53,085 bases of DNA from Octopus bimaculoides. Its lineage: Eukaryota. Positions within the stretch are counted from its first letter, which is position 1, and the number at the start of each line of letters is the position of its first letter. Below, one piece after another: positions 1 to 12,435 of the stretch. Made by a program: the position numbers and the translations under genes. The stretch is from contig NC_068986.1 in NCBI RefSeq assembly GCF_001194135.2, forward strand, positions 23,853,887 to 23,906,971, in the 5' to 3' direction. A model generated the notes under the pieces. The model was given only the letters and a program-made list of their open reading frames with translations, ran no database searches and was not told the DNA's origin.

Positions 1-29
<29 letters not shown>

Positions 30-34
<5 letters not shown>

Positions 35-330
35 TAAAAATTGATATTAATTAAAAGAACATAATATCTGGCCGATGAACTTGCGTACGACAAGTGTAAT
101 ATGATCTATTCAGCGTGGAAGCGTGTCTTGTGTGAAATATTTTTTTGACCAGAACATCTTACCTGAGCATATCGAAACTAGACAATGGTGTGCATGTAGG
201 CGGACTTAGGGACAAAACGGCAAACATGCACTTGTCTAAAGAAATATGGTGCATCGTGTGCTAAGACCTTGTAGATTATTTACAATTTTGCGGAATAGGT
301 GGATATCAATAGAAAATTTCACTTTCAAAA
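30..330 (+). pseudogene. possible piggyBac-like transposase C-terminal cysteine-rich relic
   Basis: Manual translation across a stop and a frameshift gives FFDQNILPEHIETRQWCACRRT*G / TKRQTCTCLKKYGASCAK, resembling the RFD..H.P.....R.RC..C....C..C end of PGBD/piggyBac transposases. No terminal repeat found. Confidence 0.3.
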
Positions 331-1554
331 TCGGAATTGATGTAATGAAATCAAGGGAATTTGTGGAAACAAGTGCTCAGTATTCCATTGTTTATGAATA
401 CTATAAATAGAAATTTTGGACAGTATTCAACCAGTTGAGTTGTTTGACAACCCTGTAATCAAAAGCGGTCGATACGAAACGATGTTCTACGCGAGTAAAA
501 TATGACTTTTAAAGCATTTTCTGAAATTTCATTACTCTGGGACTTTCGTACAAAATTTTAATCGCAAACCAACAATACACAAACAATGACAGCTACAATG
601 TTGTTCACATAATAGACAGTTTAAATCAATGCCTCACTTTATCTAGCTTAATATTAAAGCAATACGGTGAAAAGCAAATCTTTAAAGGACGCCTTAACTA
701 ATGAACCCTCTGGTCATATGTTGAAAACAGGTAAACGACGCGTTGAACAACAAGGACAAAGCGTCGAAAAAAGAGACTGGAACAGCTCAGATGATGACCA
801 AGAACAAGCAAACACTACTAAAACATAAGGCAGTGATATCAGAGAACGAACTGAACGCGTAACCATATGGTTCGGAAGTAAACTCATTTGCACATTTTTA
901 TATCAAATATTCATTGATTAGTTTTGCTTTATCACACCTAAACACAATGATGCACAACAGTGACACGTAATCAAGCACTCACACATGCAAACTCAAACAT
1001 TTGTGTATAGTGAGCATAAGAGCACCTCTCTGTGAGTTTACAATAAGTAGTTGTAATTGTGCTTGCCTTTCTTGGGTAACTTTCGCATCGTCTTGAGCAC
1101 GCAAAATTATCATCAAAAACGATACAGTTATGATCGTCCTTTAATCTATAATCTCCAATGCATCAATTTTTTAACGATAGAAACATAAAGTCTGAAAAAG
1201 AATTGTATTTGAATGCTGCATACATATCAACCATGGTCATAAAAGGTGTTAATATATTCCCCTGTGAGAGCCACGAATCGCCCATTTTATGTTTACCACA
1301 GCAGTCACGTATAAAACAAATGCATCCATGTGTGAGCTATCTGTTTTATCTGCTCAGTAAATCCTATTTGTGACGGGAAGATGATAATTATAAGGTACAC
1401 TCATTTTAGAATAATATTCCTGGAGGTAACTGGCAGTTAGAAACCTCTAAACCTGTGTTATACACCTTCTATGTTAAGCGTATTTAATTAGATAGCTTCC
1501 TGCATACTCCCTTTCTCTTTCTCCCTATGTACATATAGACATACAAATAGACAT

Positions 1555-1592
<38 letters not shown>

Positions 1593-1601
1593 ATATTAAT
1601 A

Positions 1602-1641
<40 letters not shown>

Positions 1642-2251
1642 CGTGCCTGTGTGTTTCTTTGTATGTATGTATAAAAGTTTATATGTACAAACAAAAAGAT
1701 TGTGAGCACTATAAATTTTGCAGATTTTTATGAACTGCGCGTGAACGATCGCAAACGTACTTCCCATAATATCTTGTATGTATATGTGGTTAAACGAATG
1801 TGTGCGCGTGTACATCTCCCTCTGTGTAAGTGTATATCTACGTTTATGTGGGTTTTTGCATGTATGTTTGTGGTGTGTATAACATATTAGTGTATAGGTA
1901 GTTTACATTGCGTTTTCTGTATCTATATACATCTGTTTATCAGAAATAATTGCTTTCATGGGAATAATGAGATTTCGATAAATTATTCTAGGTAGGTAAT
2001 AACTAATTTAATAACTTTGTATCTTTGACATTTGGAAACAGAAATCCAATCTGCTAATCGCTTAACTCTGTATGAGAGAAACTCTAAAATTGCATACCTT
2101 AGCTCTATCATGTCTACTATTTTTTTCTTTCCTTCGTTTTCCACGTCTTACCTCTATTTTCTTGTCTGTTTTTACACACAGTTACAGCCACATACACATG
2201 TATAAGCAGTCATATATATATAAATATATATATATATANNNNNNNNNNAAC

Positions 2252-2325
<74 letters not shown>

Positions 2326-2742
2326 ATATAATGTGAATACGCATAGATACCTATATGGAATCGTATACATAACACGCATACACATATTTACTAACACGTA
2401 CGCATATAAATAGATACTCAAGTACACGTACATGAATACAGATTCAGAAATAGAGGCACGTATTACAAGAAAGCAATTCAATTGACTCTAGTAAGTCATC
2501 TGTATATTATCGTAACCAGCCCGGAAGGATGAAGCAGAGAGTTGTCATCGATGTTACGTAATTAATCTGAGGTAAATTTTTAATACAATTCCCTATATTT
2601 TTACGGATCAGAAAGAAAGTACTATTGACCTTTTCAGGCAATGCTAGTCTCATGATTTCAAACCAAATACTTATTGAAATTCACATATTTATAGGTTAAC
2701 GCTTCCACGAAAAACGTAGGTGTTTTCGCTAGCTAACGGCAT

Positions 2743-2772
2743 CTGATGAAGTTATAAGCGAAGACACTGTGT
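2743..2772 (+). ncRNA. degenerate minimal hammerhead-ribozyme-like motif
   Basis: CTGATGAAGTTATAAGCGAAGACACTGTGTC resembles CTGANGA-stemII-CGAAAC. Stem II is imperfect and GAAA is changed. It lies about 260 bp from the Penelope relic, on the opposite strand. Confidence 0.3.
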
Positions 2773-2873
2773 CAACGGTTATGATACGTATTTGCACAGT
2801 CGTCTTGTCACAGCTTCTTTGGCGCTAGATATTCAACACTCAATTATTTTACTTTTAGATTTCACTTTAGATG

Positions 2874-2908
<35 letters not shown>

Positions 2909-3029
2909 TGTATGTATGTATATCTATGTATATATGCATGTATAGATGCATGTTATGTATATGTCTAATATGAGTATCTGTACATTTTTGTATGTATATA
3001 TATATGTATAAACAAAGCCTCCATCACTT

Positions 3030-3600
3030 TTATATATTAATGTCTTGCATGGATTGGCCTACGATGTTCCACTTGAATTGTATGTGATGTAGTGCTGTGT
3101 TCCAAAAAAGCGACATCGCTAACTTCGTTGCTTTTTCCTTACCCTCGGGTCGGAAAGAATATTGGTGGTTTGTGCGTCTTTCTTAAAACTACCTTCGCAT
3201 ATGCCAATGTAAATTTTTCGGGTGTTTCTTTATATGTTAAGAGTGCTATGTCAGCAGCTATATGAATCATGCATGTCTACTTGAGTGGGCACGTTTCTGG
3301 GTCTCAAGAGTTAAAAACTGTTGTGGGTGCTTAGTATGACCTGCGGATGATGTTATTTTTCACATTGGAAGAGCATTTGTAAGAATTCTTCAATAAACGT
3401 CTATTTAAAATTTCTCTGCACCTTTGATTAACTGTAAAATTGTTACCCATTAAAACCAAGAATTTTCTAACTACGTTAGTCTTAACGTTTACAGAGAGAG
3501 TAGTGGTGATTTATATTAACAGCCCAGTCAAGATGGTATTTCCTTCATCTCCTACTGTTGTATTTGCACACATTTACAAAATGAATTTCTAAAATGAACT
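3030..3600 (-). mobile_element. Penelope-like retroelement relic (end of RT/linker plus GIY-YIG endonuclease)
   Basis: Minus-strand translation with stops and frameshifts: SVNVKTNVVRKFL...SYKCSSNVKNNII...DPETCPLK*TCM...KIYIGICEGSFKK/RTNHQYSFRPEGKEKATKL...FKWNIV. This matches the PLE pattern NVKTN.GRKFL...SYSC.PN...C.C....CPL.G.C...YIG.TE..FK.R...H..SF...W.IV. Confidence 0.85.
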
Positions 3601-3810
3601 TGCATTATGCAGCTGAGGAGTATATTTTCATTGCACATCTTATGTGGTGTTCTCACTACATAAATAAATGAAGTTTGTACGAAATATATATATATATATA
3701 TATGTGTGTGTGTATGTATGTATGTATGTATATATACGCATATATATAAATGGATGTGTGTATTTTTCCCTTGTTTACAATTAACACAGAAAAAATTGGT
3801 AGACAGTTAC

Positions 3811-3849
3811 CAGGGCAGCAAAAAATCACACAAGAACGTAACACACTGT
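3811..3849 (-). CDS. candidate internal exon (39 nt)
   Basis: Acceptor tttctacctttacag| and donor CTG|gtaact. Phase 1->1 frame (D)SVLRSCVIFCCP is open. No homology recognised. Confidence 0.2.
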
Positions 3850-4313
3850 CTGTAAAGGTAGAAACTCCGGGTTGATGTGAAATATTTTGTATAATATATA
3901 TAAATAAATAAATGGAGTTAATCGCAGGTGAACTTCAAGTTTTTTTTTACTTCCGACATATGTTTCGAAGACAACATTGGTATTATTCCAAAATAATAAA
4001 ATGGTGTAAAACAATGCAATCGTCTCATCAGGGAAAGAAAGAAAGAAACCAAACTCATCAGTAAGAAATCTTAACAGAATGTGATGGATATGTATAATGA
4101 TGAACGGAAGGCTACTAAGTTGTTTTAAAAAACTGCTAGAGGATATAAAGTTAGAGGTATCCTATAGAAAGAGAAGGGGTAAATGAAAGAAATGAGCAGA
4201 AAACTAATAAGGGAGAAATATAGAACGATATTTGAATTAAAATAAAATCTTAAAGGCTTGGAAATAGATATATCTAGTGGAAGTGAAATGTAAGAAGAAA
4301 ATCAATGTTCACA

Positions 4314-4639
4314 TCATATATAATTGTAGATATCACTTCTCTTAGCAAAGAGAGGGGTCCTGTCAGAGGGCCCCGGCTGAACTGGACAAGGTGATATGGA
4401 CTCCTTCATCTCTCTGGTGAATTGCAGGTTCCCAAGGTTTTCTGCGATTTTACGCTGACTATATCCACCTTCAGAATGACCCATAATACGCCCTCTTTGA
4501 AATTCAGACAGTCCCAAGGCTTCTTTTGTACATGGCATGATTAAACAGTCACATATAGAATCGGAAATATAAAAATGTCAATTAATAAGAAAAAAAACGA
4601 TGTTTTATGGGGTGTCTATTTACTTCTAACATGTGTGTG
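4314..4639 (-). mobile_element. Tc1-family DNA transposon 5' fragment (transposase N-terminal HTH plus putative left TIR)
   Basis: ORF 4538->4314 MPCTKEALGLSEFQRGRIMGHSEGGYSQRKIAENLG..QFTREMKESISP..PGPSDRT matches the Tc1 paired-like HTH start (LSEF.RG.I.G....G.S.R.IA..L). A terminus-like TA|CACACATGTTAGAAGTAAATAGACACCCC lies at about 4608-4641. Confidence 0.8.
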
Positions 4640-5148
4640 TATATATATATATATNNNNNNNNNNNNNNNNNNNNNNNNNNNNNNNNNNNNNNNNNNNNNN
4701 NNNNNNNNNNNNNNNNNNNNNNNNNNNNNNNNNNNNNNNNNNNNNNNNNNNNNNNNNNNNNNNNNNNNNNNNNNNNNNNNNNNNNNNNNNNNNNNNNNNN
4801 NNNNNNNNNNNNNNNNNNNNNNNNNNNNNNNNNNNNNNNNNNNNNNNNNNNNNNNNNNNNNNNNNNNNNNNNNNNNNNNNNNNNNNNNNNNNNNNNNNNN
4901 NNNNNNNNNNNNNNNNNNNNNNNNNNNNNNNNNNNNNNNNNNNNNNNNNNNNNNNNNNNNNNNNNNNNNNNNNNNNNNNNNNNNNNNNNNNNNNNNNNNN
5001 NNNNNNNNNNNNNNNNNNNNNNNNNNNNNNNNNNNNNNNNNNNNNNATATATATATATATATATATAAGCCAAGCAAAAGGTGTACGTACGCCGCTACAT
5101 GTATATATATTTAATCAAAAAAAAAACGAAGAACGGAAAGGACGACAA

Positions 5149-5714
5149 TGTTCTTATTCTAACTCATGTCCATTGTTCGGAAATCTTTCGTCGCACATCT
5201 TTGACCTCCTTATCAACACTTTCCGTGCGCGTGTGTGCTCGTGCCCTGCTTATTATATTCTGTTCTTCTATGATGTGTATGTGTCTGTTTTTGTGTATGT
5301 GTGTGTACATGCGTGTGTCATTGTTCTTAGTAGCACTATGACCCGCCCGAGCCACGTCTTCTGCCCAGTTGCCGCCGCTGCTGCCCCTGAGCCCGACTTT
5401 ATGCCTGTTCCTGTAATTCACTGTGTTTGTGTGTTCACCTACAGACGAACACAGTAAATTACAAGAACGATACAAAATTTCGGGATCAAGGATAGCAGCA
5501 GGGGTTGGGTGGAGGGTCATAGTGCTACTAAGAACAATGACACACATACGTGTACACACACGCGCGCGCACCAAACATAGATGCATGCGTATATACGGAT
5601 ACGTATCATAGAACAGAATGAAATAAGCAGAGCACGAAGACGGAAAGCGTCGCTGAGGTCACAGATGCGTGACGAAAGATTTCCGGACAATGGACATGAG
5701 TTGCAGTAAGAACA
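5149..5714. repeat. 566-bp imperfect palindrome (fold-back/MITE-like)
   Basis: 5149-5344 is the reverse complement of 5514-5714 (e.g. gtgtgtcattgttcttagtagcactatgaccc / gggtcatagtgctactaagaacaatgacacac). The interior also pairs (gttcctgtaattcactgtgtttgt / acgaacacagtaaattacaagaac), leaving a loop near 5435-5440. Confidence 0.9.
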
Positions 5715-5864
5715 GTAATAAACGAATGAAGAAGTAATATATTGTGCGCGTGTTTGTTTGGCAAAAAGTAAATGACCGTCCCGAAATACAACAATATCTG
5801 TTTCGACACAAAACTTCACATCAGTAATCTTGCAGCTAAAATTCATAAACGTGTGTTATTTATT

Positions 5865-6092
5865 TATTCCCCACAAGAGGCTAAACATAGAAGGGACAAA
5901 CAAGGACAGACAAAGGGATTAAGTCGGTTACATCGACCCCAGTGCGTAACTGGTACTTAATTTATCGACCCCGAAAGGATGAAAGGCAAAGTCGACCTCG
6001 GCGGAATTTGAACTCAGAACGTAACGGCAGACGAAATACGGCTAAGCATTTCGCCCGGCGTGCTAACGTTTCTGCCAGCTTGCCGCTTTATA
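5865..6092 (-). mobile_element. tRNA-derived SINE family B, tail variant 1
   Basis: Reverse complement has head ..CTGGCAGAAACGTTAGCACGCCGGGCGAAATGCTTAG, B-box GAGTTCAAATTCC, core GTCGACTTTGCCTTTCATCCTTTCGGGGTCGATAAATTAAGTACC and tail TTGTTTGTCCCTTCTATGTTTAGCC. Confidence 0.92.
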
Positions 6093-6257
6093 TATNNNNN
6101 NNNNNNNNNNNNNNNNNNNNNNNNNNNNNNNNNNNNNNNNNNNNNNNNNNNNNNNNNNNNNNNNNNNNNNNNNNNNNNNNNNNNNNNNNNNNNNNNNNNN
6201 NNNNNNNNNNNNNNNNNNNNNNNNNNNNNNNNNNNNNNNNNNNNNNNNNNNNNNNNN

Positions 6258-6327
6258 AACGTAACGGCAGACGAAATACCGCTAAGCATTTCGCCTGGCG
6301 TGCTAACGTTTCTGCCAGCTTGCCGCA
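6258..6327 (-). mobile_element. second copy of the SINE-B head across the gap
   Basis: Repeats 6019-6087 with two substitutions. Confidence 0.85.
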
Positions 6328-6352
6328 TTATATATATATATATATGTGTGTA

Positions 6353-6407
<55 letters not shown>

Positions 6408-6541
6408 CTGTCTCTGTCTCTGTCTGTCTCTGACTCTATCTCTCTCTGCCTGTCTGTCTCTCTCTTTATATATATATATTGAATGAGGTAAAAGGAAACT
6501 TCTGCTTTTGCGGAAATTGCAAACCTCAACTGTTCTCATAC

Positions 6542-6594
6542 CGCTATCGATAATATCATGTGATGTTGATATAAATATTTCAGCCGTAATCATA
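6542..6594 (-). CDS. candidate internal exon (53 nt)
   Basis: Acceptor tctttatatttctcag| and donor GCG|gtatga. Only phase 2->1 is open (MITAEIFISTSHDIIDS). Confidence 0.22.
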
Positions 6595-6949
6595 CTGAGA
6601 AATATAAAGACACTGGAATGTATTACCATGTATATATTGAAGCTTGGCTGTCAAATAAAGCAGATTTAAAACATAATAACGGATTATGTGAAGATAATAA
6701 CAAGCAAGAGGGATTAGAATTCCAGAGAGATACAAGCGATAGATAATCATATATATCTAAATACATAGAAATCTCGAAACACCAACAAATTCTTTAACAT
6801 TTAAACAATAGTAAATATTTATCAGCGTATATCTCCGTGTATATCTGTGTTTTCTTTGTACTTACAGCAAAGCGATACAATAGAAATTAGCATTACACAG
6901 GTAGAGAGAAATATGCGTGGCTGTTTAGCACGGACGAGGCAGTGATTGG

Positions 6950-7116
6950 CGCAGGCAAGGTTGTGTGATAAGAAACTTATTTCCAAAGTATACCACACTG
7001 GGACAAATCCCACTACATAACACTTACGTAGGTGTCTTCCTCTAGAGCGTCGGGTCGACCAAAGCCTTGTGAATGGTTTTGACAAGTAGAAGCTGGAAGA
7101 AAACTGTCGCGTATAC
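6950..7116 (+). mobile_element. SINE family A, degraded 5' half
   Basis: gtgtcttcctctagagcgtcgggtcgaccaaagccttgtgaatgg matches the family A body. Truncated at a gap. Confidence 0.7.
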
Positions 7117-7952
7117 TATATATATANNNNNNNNNNNNNNNNNNNNNNNNNNNNNNNNNNNNNNNNNNNNNNNNNNNNNNNNNNNNNNNNNNNNNNNNNN
7201 NNNNNNNNNNNNNNNNNNNNNNNNNNNNNNNNNNNNNNNNNNNNNNNNNNNNNNNNNNNNNNNNNNNNNNNNNNNNNNNNNNNNNNNNNNNNNNNNNNNN
7301 NNNNNNNNNNNNNNNNNNNNNNNNNNNNNNNNNNNNNNNNNNNNNNNNNNNNNNNNNNNNNNNNNNNNNNNNNNNNNNNNNNNNNNNNNNNNNNNNNNNN
7401 NNNNNNNNNNNNNNNNNNNNNNNNNNNNNNNNNNNNNNNNNNNNNNNNNNNNNNNNNNNNNNNNNNNNNNNNNNNNNNNNNNNNNNNNNNNNNNNNNNNN
7501 NNNNNNNNNNNNNNNNNNNNNNNNNNNNNNNNNNNNNNNNNNNNNNNNNNNNNNNNNNNNNNNNNNNNNNNNNNNNNNNNNNNNNNNNNNNNNNNNNNNN
7601 NNNNNNNNNNNNNNNNNNNNNNNNNNNNNNNNNNNNNNNNNNNNNNNNNNNNNNNNNNNNNNNNNNNNNNNNNNNNNNNNNNNNNNNNNNNNNNNNNNNN
7701 NNNNNNNNNNNNNNNNNNNNNNNNNNNNNNNNNNNNNNNNNNNNNNNNNNNNNNNNNNNNNNNNNNNNNNNNNNNNNNNNNNNNNNNNNNNNNNNNNNNN
7801 NNNNNNNNNNNNNNNNNNNNNNNNNNNNNNNNNNNNNNNNNNNNNNNNNNNNNNNNNNNNNNNNNNNNNNNNNNNNNNNNNNNNNNNTATATATATATGC
7901 ATGTAAGTATATATGTATATGTGTATGTATACATATATGTGATCGAGTGTGC

Positions 7953-8010
<58 letters not shown>

Positions 8011-8722
8011 GTATATATATATATATATAAGTGTGTGTGTGTGTGTGTGTATGTGTATAAATATATGTGAGCGAGTGCGTTCCCATGCACTCACATATGG
8101 GCATATATGTGCATATGTGCATCTAGGTGTGACACTGAATGTAAGTTTATAACTAAAGGTGCGTATGTTTAAAAGTGTACGCGTATATTCATGTGGGGGG
8201 AAAAAACCAGTAAAAATCATAGCGGACTGAAATATACATAATAGCTTTTAACATCATAAAGAATTAATAAAGGTAAAGATTACTATTGAAATACATTGTT
8301 CGAGTATTATCTAGAGGAATATTTATGAAGTGAACAACTAAAACGAAATCAAATGTGCTAAAATCAATTTTAAATCCAGTAAGAATTCTTTTCACAAAGT
8401 TCTGTATTCATAATGCGAATGTACGAAAACGCATATATGCAGACATTTGCATGGTCATACAAACACACAGAACCACGCAAAAAATCAGCCGCATTTACAC
8501 ACATGCAACGACTCATACACACTCTCATTGGTATTTATACACAAAGACACATGCACAAAGTACACTCGCACGCACAGATTCTTATATACAGAAATACACA
8601 TACGCACGCATATGTACGTGTGTGTGTATGTGTGTGTTTGCGTGCGAGTGGGTTTATGCCTATGCATATGAATGCTTATGTATTTTCTCCCCCCTCTCTC
8701 TCTCTCTATCTCTCTCTCTTTT

Positions 8723-8816
<94 letters not shown>

Positions 8817-10019
8817 CATACATACATACATACATNNNNNNNNNNNNNNNNNNNNNNNNNNNNNNNNNNNNNNNNNNNNNNNNNNNNNNNNNNNNNNNNN
8901 NNNNNNNNNNNNNNNNNNNNNNNNNNNNNNNNNNNNNNNNNNNNNNNNNNNNNNNNNNNNNNNNNNNNNNNNNNNNNNNNNNNNNNNNNNNNNNNNNNNN
9001 NNNNNNNNNNNNNNNNNNNNNNNNNNNNNNNNNNNNNNNNNNNNNNNNNNNNNNNNNNNNNNNNNNNNNNNNNNNNNNNNNNNNNNNNNNNNNNNNNNNN
9101 NNNNNNNNNNNNNNNNNNNNNNNNNNNNNNNNNNNNNNNNNNNNNNNNNNNNNNNNNNNNNNNNNNNNNNNNNNNNNNNNNNNNNNNNNNNNNNNNNNNN
9201 NNNNNNNNNNNNNNNNNNNNNNNNNNTATATATATATATATATATATACATATACATCTATATATATATGTGTGTATATATGTGTGTGTGTGTATAAATA
9301 TGTCTCTCTCTCTCTATATATATATGTATATGTATATATATGCGAGATTCTGCGTGTGTATGTATGCACGTAATTACACGCATATCAGTATGTTTGTAGG
9401 AGAACATTCCATTCCGTATTTTGTATGTTAAATTCTCTATCATCTTAAGCTATAATAAAATATGAACATATATTCAGAATTTATCAAAGAAGATATCGAA
9501 GTAGTATTTATCTATAATAGGACATTTCAATTAGCCTGTATTATTTGGTGAAAAAAAGCCCAACCAAAAACAACTTTTAAAATCGACAACATTAATCACG
9601 ACAATAACACATGATTAACACATATTTGCAGAAGAAATCTCCGCTCGATTTTAATGAAATTGTCAGCGTTTTTCTTCAACACAACTTTATAACACGTTTG
9701 ACAAGATTGTGGCTTTTAAAAATAGGAAAAAATTATACATATTCTGTTTTCAATTTAGTGACATATTTAGCAGTCAACATTTTATATAGATTGCTAGAAA
9801 TATAATTGTGGAGCTTTTAAAATATTTTTATATTTTTTACGCAGGAAATATTCAAGAAAATTTTTTTCTTTCTCTAATTGTCATTTATTATATGTCTTTG
9901 TATTATTAAGAAGGCGGATATAAAATCTTGAATATTAAATAGACTTAAGTCAGTTTAGTGCAGCCATTGGGAATAGTTGCTGTGGGAAAATCCTAACCTT
10001 TTTATTAATAGCTTTAAGG

Positions 10020-10140
10020 CAGTGATGTGGTGTCATCCTTATTGAGATCAGATTTGCTTTTTATTCTTTCGGGATCAATAAAATAATTTACCAGTTAAAT
10101 ACTGGAGTTGATGCTACCGACTTACACATTTCCTCAAAAT
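10020..10140 (+). mobile_element. SINE family B, degraded core
   Basis: gatttgctttttattctttcgggatcaataaaataatttaccagttaaatactggagttgat resembles the family B core. Confidence 0.55.
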
Positions 10141-10199
10141 TGATAGATATGCGCCAAAATTTCATATCAACAGGCATTTCGAGTAAATTTCGACAAACA

Positions 10200-10510
10200 A
10201 TGTTTTGTAAGTAGATTTGGTAGACGGAAACTGAAAGAAGCCCATTATATACGGGTAAATATATGTGTGCATGCGTGTCTGTTTATATTTTGTCTCTATT
10301 TCTTCCTCCACCACCGCTTCAAGGCCGGTTTCCTTGAAGTTAGCATTTCCGTAAATTAGCAATTCGACACAAAAAATGACTGATAAAATAAGTACTAGGC
10401 TTACAAAAATAAAAAAAAGGTCCTGGGAGTGATATATTCGACTAAAATTTCTTCAAGGCGGTGCCACTGCATAGCGGCAGCCTAATGATTGTATGAAGAA
10501 ATGATAAAAT
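10200..10510 (+). mobile_element. SINE family A, degraded 3' two-thirds
   Basis: gatttggtagacggaaactgaaagaagccc ... gataaaataagtactaggcttacaaa ... tcgactaaa ... aaggcggtgcc. Confidence 0.8.
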
Positions 10511-10534
10511 GTAAAGAAAAATGTGCTATTTTTT

Positions 10535-10867
10535 TCTACATATAATCACAAAGAGCGTCGGGCTCACAGTAATGAGGGAGCAAAATTGATTCCCAGACCA
10601 GGCTGTGGGTTGTGTTCCTAAGCAAGGCACTTTATTTCCCGTTGCTCCAGTTACCTTAACTGTATAAATTAGTTGCGACGTTACTGGTGCCAAGCTGTAT
10701 CGGCCTTTGCCTTTCTCATCGGTGGCGTGAAGAGAGGGGGCTGATATGCATGGGCGATTTCTTGTCTTCCATAAACAACCTTGACTTGTGCGTCGGAGGG
10801 GAACTTTTAGGTGCAATCCCATGGTCATTCATGACCGAAAGCGGCCTTCATCCGTTACCCTTTTACC
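10535..10867 (+). mobile_element. SINE family C (tRNA-like head, Deu/Nin-like core, distinct tail)
   Basis: Core tgtgttcctaagcaaggcactttatttcccgttgctccagtt and tail ggtgcaatcccatggtcattcatgaccgaa. A related copy lies inverted at 14677-14795. Confidence 0.7.
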
Positions 10868-11338
10868 ATAGTACTATAGTGCCTAATGGTAAGCCAACGA
10901 GTGTGCTTTATATTTTCGTATGTCCAGCCACAAACAGCAGCAAAATAAGCCTAAAATTATATTTTGCTGTCTTGAAAGAATAAGGAGACATGAGAAAATG
11001 TTATGCGTCATATATAAAAGAATACACAAGTTACAAGTTGATTCGTCTGGAAGTTGTTTATATACATAAATGTATATTAAGTTCTAATATAATTTTAACT
11101 TAATTACAAATATATTCATTCAAGATTTAATCCCATTGTCCATAAAGCAGTTATGTTAAAAACAACTTTTCAAAGTACAAATTCTGTATGTTTTTTTCAC
11201 TGATCATGCGAGCTGAAATGCCAGTCTTTTGTATATATGAAATAAATTTGACTCTAGCACCACCAGTATTTAAATCTATCAGTAGTGAGTGTTTGTTGTC
11301 ATTATTTTATAACTTGAGATCCATAGCATCTGTCACCA

Positions 11339-11450
<112 letters not shown>

Positions 11451-12014
11451 TGCCTCTCTGTCTGTCGTTTTATTTGTGTGTCTGTCTGTCTGTCTGTCAG
11501 CACATGTGTGTGTGGGTATTTATGTGTTTGCGTATGTATGTGTATTAGTGACAAGTTTGTAAATATGTGACATTGTATCGCCTTTGATCCTCTATTCTTG
11601 TATTTCTACGAGTGTATATGTGTACATGCCTGTATGCTTGTGTATGTGTGTACATGCCTGTATGCTTGTGTTTTTGCGTGTTTAGTAGGAGATCAATATT
11701 CCAATTCAATTTAAAACGGTTTATTGAAAGCAAAATTTATTCAAAGCATTGTAAATATAACTTCTATAATATAAATCAAATTCAGAAATAATTGTAGTGA
11801 ATTATATTAAATCTCATCCATCAACAAAAAAACAAAATCTTGAAGTGTAAAACATTGATGCAGGAATCACACTTCTGTTGTTGGCGATACAAATATAATT
11901 TCTTTCGTAGTTTAATGCTGTATATCAGGAATCTTCAACATACGTACGGTATTTCGGATAACATTCAAACGGTACATTTATCACGAATAAATATTCCCGT
12001 TAGAAATATTATAT

Positions 12015-12147
12015 AGGCACAGGCAAGGCAGCATGGTAAGGAGCTGACTTCCCCACCAGTGTTCCAGGTTCAGCCCCAATGCATGGCACCATACCATACC
12101 CAAATTTAAATTTATTACTTAAACACAAACATGCACACATATATATT

Positions 12148-12210
<63 letters not shown>

Positions 12211-12424
12211 CTGTCTGTGATTCTGTTTGTCCCATGCAACTGTTTGACAACTGGTGTTGGTGTGTTTTGCGTATCCGTAACTCAACCATCCGGCAAAAGA
12301 TTCAGATAGAATAAATACCAAACTTTAAAAATAAGCACAAAATAAGTACGAAGCATTCGACTAAAACTTTTTCAAGGTGTAGCCCCAGCATGGTCGCAAT
12401 CTAGTGACTGAAGCAAGTATAAGA
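12015..12424 (+). mobile_element. SINE family A, old copy with internal (TG)n
   Basis: Head aggcacaggcaaggcagcatggtaagg...ggttcagcccc..gcacc and tail ccccagcatggtcgcaatctagtgactgaagcaagtataagat. Confidence 0.8.
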
Positions 12425-12435
12425 TGTCAAGATCT

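Noticed and set aside
4575-9431. Long ORFs of 150-390 aa containing X runs (also at 27.3-30.5, 31.9-32.3, 33.9-35.5, 37.3-38.2 and 42.3-42.8 kb)
   Set aside because: They are open only because N-gaps and (TA)n/(CA)n tracts contain no stops.
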